DNA of 64,000 nucleotides from Schmidtea polychroa (taxonomy: Eukaryota), in NCBI GenBank assembly GCA_044892525.1, contig CM097885.1:235292001-235356000 (forward strand), written 5' to 3'. The notes below the pieces were generated by a model. It did not search any database. It was given only the letters and a program-made list of their open reading frames with translations, and had not been told where the DNA came from. The first letter of the stretch is position 1; each line of letters begins with the position of its first letter. Both the position numbers and the translations under genes were made by a program. Of this stretch, positions 51,048-60,853 are shown one piece after another.

Positions 51048-52332
51048 ATGTGTTTGGTGATTACTTTATTTATTTATAATTAAAAATATATTAACTTACA
51101 TTTTATTGAAATAATTCCAAATAAATTCATAAAATTCATAAAAAACACCTGAAATTTAATTATCAATATTTTATTTTATAAATGCTGACTACAAGTAATA
51201 TTTAAGAGTTTGAATAATGATCTCATAATTATATAAATCAAAATTCAAGCCTTAAAATTTACTTAAATTTAAAAAACTTAATTCTAAAACCATTAATAAA
51301 ATTGAATAAATGAAGTAAATACCTTCACATTCTCATACATAAATGGTGAGTCATTCACTGATGAACACACCAACGCGTATAGAGACTTTTATACTTCGGA
51401 TTTAGGTGTATCAGAACATGAGTTTGAATTCAAAGTATGTATGTTTCTATAATGTAAGATTATTGATTTTTTTCTTATATTATAGGAAACGTATCTCAGC
51501 GGTGTTTGGTGTAAGTGTAGTGAAAATTTTATGCTCTCAGTTTTTTGAAATTATCTGAATTTTATGCTCATTGTGCGGTAATTTGTATTTATTTAATGTA
51601 TCTTCTATCTTAGTTAAATTTATTTCATGTTAATTTTAATATGAGATAGTCAACAACCTTGTCAAATACAACGGCGTACAACTCGAAACTACAAACTAAT
51701 AATCACTACAATAAATCTAAGAATAAAATTAAAATACCAAAAAAATTTTACAAAATTAGCTAAAATTTCACCAATTTAGGAATTTCATAAATTTAAGAAA
51801 TCTTGATTTAATATTTATTAAATTTTGAAAAAGATTTTGTTGGTCACTTAGAGGATGTTATTTATTCAATGATGGATTTTCTCCTAAGAGCCCTTTTTGA
51901 CTTGACAATTACCTCCCTCATGTGTACCCATGACAATAGGTCATGTTGGTACTGTACACATGGGTCGGAATTTGTGAGCAGGTGAGGCCCTGTGTTAGGA
52001 CTACTATTCACAATATTTGCTGTACGGGTTCGTGAATGCCGTTGGAAGGACTTACATCTACTATACTTGTCTTTCTGGTCATGATATGTCTCTGGTCCAA
52101 TGAGACAATTTCGGAATTCTTAATTTTTCGATATAATTACGGATTTAGAAAATAAACGCTTCTCGATATAATCTTAGATAAAAACGTGATAACATAAGAC
52201 CTTTTTCAACAACTTCTATTAAATATGACATCAATGATACAAGCAAATCATCCAAAGGTTTACAAATTGGATTTACAGTATCTACACTAAACAATAAGTG
52301 GTTTAACTCTCGAGATACAGGATCAGACCTTT

Positions 52333-52800
52333 TCATGCCATTTCTCCTTCGATCATAGCATCAATATCCGTCTGTAGATGTGGATCGTGATAGAGCACGG
52401 ATGCTGAAGAAGGAATCACTTGATAGGAAGCTGCTGCAAGGGGTGTGATGAGATTTCCATTAGACGATTTTGTGTTGACTTTCTGAACCGAAAATAATGT
52501 GGCTTCCAAAGCGGTAATCTCATTTCGACGCCTTGTCGTCCGTTCTGCACGAGTCGGACGTTTCCTTTTTCGGGGACTGGATTTCGTTGCAACAACAGGT
52601 TGCTCTATTTGTACGACGAGTAATGACACGGTAGAAGTTGAATCCGAAGGCACATTGATGCGTTCCATACCAACCTAGCTAGGAGCGACGATTGGCGTAA
52701 GGTCTGGGCCTTTACAACCGGAAGAGGTTGGTGAATTTATTTCATCTGTCCGATGGTGGATGGGAAAGATATTCAGCTTATCCGGTGACGAGGGAATTCC
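52333..52800 (-). pseudogene. Unknown repeat-associated protein family, copy 3 (C-terminal part)
   Basis: SPRKRKRPTRAERTTRRRNEITALEATL...YQVIPS...DIDAMIEGE aligns with copies 1 and 2. A frameshifted upstream NIFPIHH matches NVFPLHH. Confidence 0.7.
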
Positions 52801-53720
52801 TTCGGGAACATCTCCTTTGACACTTGCAAATGGATATAAACTTTAGTAGTCTAAAATCCTGTGTTCTAATAGCTATTATATGTTTCATTTCCACCAGTGT
52901 GTTATTTCGTGTTATATTTGAAATATTAGGTACTCATTGAGCTAAGTGCAGATGGAACAACCAATAGAAAGTAAGGAATTAGTGTCTTTTATTGACACCA
53001 TCCAAGGAATCCGGAGGCCCATGGGGTTCTCAACTTTATTTTCAGGTTCTACCCAGGTTGCACAGTACTAACTTCATTCATGGAGATTGCAGGCTGGTTA
53101 TAGCATGTTTTGATTTGGATTTGCTGCGAATGCCAGTCGAGTGATGATAACAGATGGATTGAGTCTGCTTTCCAACGATAACCAATAGTAACGACGTAGC
53201 TCAACGTTGAGGTTCAGTTGATTGTTTGTGAAAAAAAATTGAGGATAATGATAATAAATTGCTGTGGTTTGTGATTTTTAGGTTTCATTTGAATTTTATC
53301 ACGTTTTGATAGACCCAATTTGTAACATTGCTAAATTGGCGTATTCTGAAGTTTTGGAATTATTAAATTGACTGAGTTGGTCGGCTGTATAATCCATTGT
53401 CATCCAAATGTCATTTGCATTCATATAATAGTTTTAGATTTCGATAAAGCTGTCAAACGGCTAACTACGAAGTGGTTAGAAATACCTCGAATAATTTTTT
53501 TGATGTGTTACACTCGTAATAGGAATCAAGAACGTTTAAGATAAACTTGTAACCCACCAAATTATATGTTGATGAATTTTGCTTATATTGGTTTTTACTA
53601 AAATTATAATTATAAAGTGAATATTTCTTGGTAGTAGCATTTATTATTTAAAACTATAAAGTGATAATTTAAGCCTTTTGCTGCGAATAATGTATTTAAT
53701 GAAAAGATTTTCGACTATAA

Positions 53721-53915
53721 CAGTGTTTCTCAAACTATGGGTCGCGAAAGAATTTTTGGTGGGTCGCGATGACTTATGGAAAGATCTACAAATATAAATT
53801 TTGGAAGTTTAAGCCTTTTAAATTTATTTAATCTTTGTCATGTGGGTCGCAATAAAATTTTTGGCATGAAATGTCAAAAATTTGGGTCGTGATCAAAAAA
53901 GTTTGAGAACCACTG
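53721..53915. mobile_element. hAT (Buster/Charlie-type) MITE
   Basis: TIRs CAGTGTTTCTCAAACT / AGTTTGAGAACCACTG. Perfect 8-bp TSD GACTATAA with central TA. Internal TGGGTCGC repeats. Confidence 0.92.
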
Positions 53916-54378
53916 GACTATAAGATAGTTCCTGTCAATCAATTATTATTATATATTGTTGTCAATTTGTTTAAAGTTTATAAATTCTTGAGTTTTATAG
54001 TTAAGGAAGTGTTCTGGTTTGACAAGCAAGTGATCTGACAATCCTACTCTCTAAGTCTCTTAATAATTATGAAAATTTTCTGTTTAAATCTTGAAAAAAT
54101 TGATAGATGAAAATATTAAAACACAGTTTAAAGTCCTTTTATTTTCAAATTTATCCAATTTTGGCAAAATACTATGGAACAAAAATATTTTTTAATTTCA
54201 CTAAAATTTATTTCTAGCTAATCACTTTTTTTGTATTTGGAAATATTCAGTGATTTATACATCTATTAAACATTGATTCATTAAAAAATTCAGAAGTAAA
54301 AATATCTGTTTAAATATACTTAAATGTTTTATTTAAATGTACCGCCATTATAACGATTATAATTCAACATTACAGAAT

Positions 54379-57320
54379 ATGAATAATAATAATTTTAATT
54401 GTAGTGATATTGAAATTTTAGAATTGATATATAATTTCAACGAAATTAAAGACCATGTAAATTCGTAAGATGAAGGTTTTGTGATTTATATTAATGTAAG
54501 TTATTTGTAGTATCGAAGAGTTTCTTGATAAAATTAATAATACCTACGAAGCTTGTACTCCTTCTGTGGTGTATCGAATCATTGAGCATAGTAAGCTTAT
54601 TTAAAATTTCGATAAATTAAACGTGATATAGCATTTAGCGATGTGTCACTCAGCTTAACTCCACTGTTTGTTCGTGTATCTGTAAATTATTGTGTGGTAT
54701 ATAAAGATAAATTTGTTGAAGTTATTGAATCTTTAAATAAAATTTTGAACAAAATCTCGAACCGGCTACAAACATTTAGAGAAGAGGTATTTCGGTCTTT
54801 AAAATTTTGTTTTTACAAATTTATTAAATACAAATATTTATTTTTAATTAAAAATTTAGACAATAAAATGTCGAGAAAACATAGCTAAATGTTACGAAGA
54901 CATTAGTGATTTCTCAAACGCTGCTCTTACACTAAGTGGAGCACTTATTGAAGAGAATCAAAGGTAGTTCAGTAGATAGAAAGTTATTTTAACATTATTG
55001 TAGGTCAATGGCTAATGATGAAAAATTGAATTTAAATTTGAAAATAGCTGAATACTATTTGAAATGCTATTCCGTTAAAGATGCCGAATCATACATAAAT
55101 CGAGCATGTCAATTACTGAACGAAGTTAACAAGGATCAGTGCTATATTCACTATAAAGTTAGTATTTTTAAGCTTTATTTTCGATTTAAATGCATTTGGT
55201 AGAGATTGTATGCGGAAATGCTGGATATGAAACAGAGATTCCTCGAAGCGTCTCAGCGATTTATGGAACTTTCATTGCATCAATTTATCACCGATAATAA
55301 AGAAAAAGAAATCTATCTAATAAAAGCAACTATATCAGCAATATTAACCGCAGCATCTCCCAGTCGATTTAAATTGTTATCTACACTATGTAAAGACGAA
55401 CGTTGTAAAAGTTTGCCTACGTTTAGTATATTAGAAAAGATGTAGATTCATTTTGTTTTCTAACCAATCATCTTACTTTGGTGTTCAGGTCTCTCAATCG
55501 ATTGGTCGATGAGAACGATTTCCAGGGAATAATGAATCTATTATTACCATATCACAAAAACGAGTTGCTATTGAAAAAAGTCATGGTAGAAAGTAATATC
55601 TCATCGATTAGTCACGTTTATTCGTCGATTAGTCTTGAAAGCGCGTCGCAATTATTGAAAATATCTCCCAATGATGTTAGATCTGATTATTTAATCTCTA
55701 TGTTAATATTATTTTATATTAATAAAAGGAGGGAGCTTTGTACCCTGGGATTGTTTCATCCTTTCACTCCCCATCTATATTTTAAGTTATTATTATTTAA
55801 ATGCCTTTATAAAAATCAATTGAGATAATTATCCAATTATGCATATCATATTTAATAATAATACATTTAGGGAAAATTCTGACGCCAAAATCTTTTAAAA
55901 TTGACACTTAGCCAATCAAAGTACACGTTATATCAATTTTTTTATTCCTGTGACTAGAAAAAAATAGTGAGGTCGCAAATGATTGGACTTTCAATCGATG
56001 GGTTTCGGTAGGAATCACTGAGACCAATTCATATGTTTTTGATTACAAGATTCGAGTTAACAGTATCAATGTTAACTATTATGCATTGAATATGGTCCAC
56101 CAGTAATAAACTTGTTTTTCTATAAACCGGATCGATACGGCATTTCCTTTCTCCTAGCAGTTTTGTCGATTTCAAGCTGGTTTTTATACCTCATCTTTGC
56201 TCTCAATTTCTAACTTCATTTCCTTAAAATAAATCTAATTTGATTTCCTTGCCAAATCGCTCCTTAACCTGGGGATTTTGTTTACGCGCTCCCTATAAAT
56301 TACGGAGTAAAGAATTTTCTAATTAATTAATTTTATTTGTGTGATGTGCAAATATTCGAGGGTGTGCTGCAAGTTATAAAACAACCTTTTAAATTTTCTT
56401 TTCACTAAATCAAATCTACTGAAAAAATCCGTTAATTTTCGGATAAATATCGATTATCAAAATTTTCTATTTCCTTATTATTCTACTCGATTGTTTTCTC
56501 GCAGTACTTTTGGTTATCTCTCTCTGAATTAAGTTAAGGGAAATTGTTGATTTTCCAAACTTTCAATTTAGACATGAAATAATCCATATTTCTCAAAATA
56601 ATTTTAGGTCATTAGGACCAAGTTTTTATCTCCGTATCAGGGTTCCTAGCTTTTTATACTTCAGTCTCCACATTATTGTATACATACTTCCATTGAGGAC
56701 ACCTCATTAGTTAAGAATCCACCCCTTTCCACCTTTATAAAATAATGTCATTTATGCACGTGTTCATCCAATCACTTTTTGTTGCTATTTATAGATGTAA
56801 ATTATATTCTATTGTTTTTATTAAATCAGTAAGGGTTGGCAAGAAACATCAGGGATTACTCGCAGTCAACAGTATGATATATATTATAATGCTAATATTT
56901 TTTATTTAAAAAATATCTCGGTTTTTTGATTTTATTCCAGTGGTTCAGGAAGATCCAATGTCAAATATGTAAACTTAATGAATATCAATTTCTTTTGTTT
57001 ATATAGAATGAAGATGTTGATAATTTTTTCCCATTTCAGACTGAGAATTTTATTTCCTCGATGATATCGGAGGATAGGTTGGTAGGCACAATCGATCAAA
57101 TGTCGGGTTACGTGAGATTTCCTAGTATTTTTTACTTAAAATTCTCTATTTACTTATAATTTCTTTTCATTTAGAGTATAAATCGTTGGCATCGTGGGAC
57201 AGTAAAATCGAATGGATTTGTCATTCCGTCAATTGTATTGTTGAGAAAATAGAAAATGCTTATCCGGATTGGTCACCGGGAAAAAATGAAATTTCTCGTA
57301 CCAAGGCTGAGATTAATTAA
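54379..57320 (+). CDS. COPS4: COP9 signalosome subunit 4 (PCI domain)
   Basis: Exons 54379-54464, 54511-54590, 54632-54786, 54860-54963, 55004-55157, 55203-55441, 55489-55675, 57040-57124, 57175-57320 join in frame. Motifs LKIAEYYL...DAESYINRA, RFLEASQRFMELS, LSTLCKDERCKSL, SMISEDRLVGTIDQ and LASWDSKIEWICHSVN...PDW. The start exon is less certain. Confidence 0.9.
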
Positions 57321-58470
57321 TATTGAATTAAATTGGTTTTATTCTGTTTCGTCTTTAATGCTCGTTTGATTTGAAAGTTTTTAATTATTAAATTCATATA
57401 AGGATGAGAAAGTTTATCAATTTTTATGTAAGGATCAAAATAAAGTATTTTTGTTTTTTAAGTAATTAGTTTATTTACATGAGAAAATTAACCTAATGTT
57501 TTTATTTGATGATAACTTAAATATCGAAGAGTATGTTTCTCATCGTATACGGGGCAAGATGGTTCTGGTAGTACTACTAAAGAATTATACCTTCTCTTTT
57601 TGGTGATTGTGAGTGACGCTTAAAGTACACTGAAATTATTAATTAAAATTGTTTAGTTATAATTTGCGTTAAATAAGTCGATTCATACGATTACATGAAA
57701 GAACTGCATAAATTAAATACAGATGACCAATATTTTCCCTATCAATTGTGAATGGCTATAATGATTTACTGTTTTAAAAATGCCTGAAGTAACGGATTGA
57801 TAAAGAACGTGTATTTTTATTTTATTGAATTTAAATTATCCTGATTGTTTTGGAATAAAACGTTTGATGCTACTTATGATAAATCGCTAATAAAGGTTGT
57901 CCTGCATAGCGGCACAACTGAGGATTAAAGAAAACGCATCTTACTGGCCACATGGATCATTTAATGCTACAAAGTTGCCTTTCACTTGGACACAGCATAC
58001 GTATGTACATCTAATTCCCTTGTCGGTTATTTTTCTTTGTGATATTCACGGGAAGCCAGACAACATAGTAGTAAGTGTTTGGAATTGGTAATTCTATTTC
58101 GTATGTATTTAAAATTAGCCATATATTGCTTGACAATACAATAATGAAAAAATGTTATTATCTCAAAGCAAATAAACTGACAATTGATGTTTCCTATTGA
58201 ATAATTCTTTCAACTAATTCAGTACCATTTTCCACTGGATAAATCTAATAAAATGATCATTAAGGACTTAAAAAGAAAGAATAGGGTATTTGACACACCA
58301 AAAGTTAAATTTTTATCGAATCAACACCAATACTAAATCGAAAGTTGAATATTAAACAATCTTTGCGACTTTCATCATAACATCTATTTTTGGAAATTTA
58401 AAATATTTCGTGGTTTAGAACATTACATTTATTATGAGCTAATAACAATAACTAATTTATTATTTCAACA

Positions 58471-58746
58471 CTAATACCATCGAACCTCTTTCCAAATTTT
58501 TCTTTTAAAATTTATTCTCGGATTAGGATTATAACTCATTTCCATTTGTTTGTGTTTAGGTTTGGAAGAACACTGGATAGTTAAAACACCTTCTATTCGT
58601 TCAAATCGGCAGAATGCGCATCTTTTCTTTAGAACAGTTTTCATCTTGTAACTACGTAAATTAACTGTTAAGGGAAAAGCCTTATGAGTAGCAAACTCCA
58701 CTAAAGACAGAGATGAAGCAACTGTATTCGATAATATGCGAAACAT
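58471..58746 (-). CDS. MRPL36: Mitochondrial ribosomal protein L36 (bL36m) with N-terminal presequence
   Basis: YKMKTVLKKRCAFC...LTIQCSSKPKHKQ is the L36 zinc-ribbon signature, preceded by a Ser/Arg-containing, acid-poor extension. Confidence 0.9.
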   Translation of the reverse strand: MFRILSNTVASSLSLVEFATHKAFPLTVNLRSYKMKTVLKKRCAFCRFERIEGVLTIQCSSKPKHKQMEMSYNPNPRINFKRKIWKEVRWY

Positions 58747-59136
58747 TTAAATTAGAATCTAAAAAAATAATATTTTAATATATATATAAATACAAAAAGG
58801 AGATAATAAGAAATAATTATTTATTTATTTAATTTAATATATATATATATGTTCATAATGTAATAATTTAATAATAATTCCTTAGTATAAAAATATGTTT
58901 AAAATATTAATGATGACGATTAAAAACATAAAATAAAAAATAACATTAAATTCAAAAATTTGAAACTTAGACATACGATTAGTTTATTTAAAGAAATTTT
59001 ATTTTAAATTTAAAACAATTTTGATAGTAAAAATAACAGTATGAACGTCAACGTAGTATAGCCAAATAAATCAAATAATATTACCACAATTCTATTTGTA
59101 ATAATACTATCAGAATTTTTGAAAAATAGTTGGAAG

Positions 59137-59310
59137 CAATGTTCCCTCTAAGCCATAAGCAGCAGTGCGCGCAAAGTCAGCTGCGCTGAGCAGCCTTTAA
59201 ATACAAATGAGCGGTTGAATTAAATATACTGCGCTGAAAATAATTTTGCTGCGCTGGGGAGTTGGAGGTGCTGCGCGCGCGCACACACGCGCAGCTTAGA
59301 GGGAACGTTG
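59137..59310. mobile_element. hAT-type MITE
   Basis: TIRs CAATGTTCCCTCTAAGC / GCTTAGAGGGAACGTTG. Perfect 8-bp TSD GTTGGAAG. Internal GCTGCGC repeats. Confidence 0.92.
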
Positions 59311-60480
59311 GTTGGAAGTATTATACGCACTTTGACTGTAAATTTGACTTGAAATGATGCTTTATTATTTTTCACAGAAAAGTAGTTTAAGTAAATTTAG
59401 ACATTTAAATTTAATTTATCAATATTTTTGGGATTGATTTTAAAAATCCTGTTTTTAAAGACATTATTTATTGTGATCAAGTAATTTCTTTTTTAGTTAG
59501 GATTTATTTATTTAACAGTTTTAAAATAAGCCAAAACGAAATCTTATCTTATTTTTATCGTCTATATTCTAGAACAATATCAGTAGTGTGGTTATATACC
59601 CAACCAAAACAGCCCTCCCAACAAAACATGCCTCCAAATCACTTAAGCTATTAGAAAAACAACCTAAAACTTATACTTTTATAGTATTTTAACCCTATAT
59701 TTTGAAAACAACCACCCTTAATGACTCTAACTGTTTTAATCTTTAAAGCCTCAAACTCAAAAGCTTCAAACTAAAAACATAAAGAGAATAGAAAAGAAAA
59801 TGGTATTATGAAAAAGTTAGAAGGCTACTTGAGGATGCCAACTAGCAAGTTGCTAATTGGCTAATTAAAAAAAATAAATGAAATCTTAATCTTGATGTCT
59901 TGAAGAATAAAAAATTTTATGAAAATAGTAAAACTGCTCTGAGAGGACAGTGGTATTTTTTTTTTTTTCACTGTCCTCTCAACAGTTTTTTTGATCCGGA
60001 TCATTTTTTTTTTATTTCAACCTCTTTCGTTTATCAAATCTCTTCTAATATACAAGCTGGCCAGACTCATACATCAGAATCAATCCGATAATAGCAGCAC
60101 GCCTTATTATTCGCTTCTTGCTCACGAAGTCGATTTCAACGGCGTTTTAAGCGTGCTGCTCGAAAGTACAAATGAATTCGAAAGCGAATCCGAAAGAGGT
60201 CCGAAAACAACTGAGAAATAAATGTGCACATTACCGGGATCGATCCGGGGGTGTTCGAAAGACAGGTGGCGATAATTACCGGTTCGCCACCATCACCCGT
60301 TTCAATATTTTTTTTTCATATTTATGTTTAAAAAATAAAATAATAAATAAATAAAATAAATAAAATAAATAAAATAAATAAAATAAAATAAAATAAAAAT
60401 AAATAAAATAAAATATAAATCTAAGATACCCACACTATTATTTTCAAATTTTTAATATTATTTTATGTTGAAAAAAAACT

Positions 60481-60553
60481 AACCTCAGATGTGATTTGAA
60501 CCACTATCCATTTGAACCACTGTGCCAGTCTATTCACACTGCGCCATCAAGGT
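60481..60553 (-). ncRNA. tRNA-like Pol III-type unit, copy 1
   Basis: ACCTTGA-TGGCGCAGTG (A box)...GGTTCAAATC (B box)...TGAGGT acceptor-like pairing, followed after 2 nt by T8. D, T and anticodon arms are non-canonical. Confidence 0.6.
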
Positions 60554-60714
60554 TTGAATTTTTGTCATTTTTTTAATTTTTAATTTATAAAAAAATAAAA
60601 TAAAATAAAATAAATAAAATAAAATATACAAGTACTTTATAAATATAAGATACCCACACTATTTTCAATATTATTTTCAAATTTTTAATATTATTTTATG
60701 TTGAAAAAAAAACT

Positions 60715-60786
60715 AACCTCACATGTGATTTGAACCGCTAGCATTTTGAACCACTGTGTCAGTCTAGCCCACTGCGCCATCAAGGT
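60715..60786 (-). ncRNA. tRNA-like Pol III-type unit, copy 2
   Basis: TGGCGCAGTGG A box, GGTTCAAATC B box, ACCTTG/TGAGGT terminal stem and T9 terminator. Lies within a ~235-bp direct duplication. Confidence 0.62.
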
Positions 60787-60853
60787 TTGGATTTTTTGTC
60801 ATTTTTTAAATTTTTATTATAAAAAATGAATAATATAAATCTTAAAAAATAAA

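Noticed and set aside
60481..60786. Calling the two units functional tRNA genes
   Set aside because: The D and T stems do not pair, there is no canonical 7-nt anticodon loop, and the B box is duplicated.
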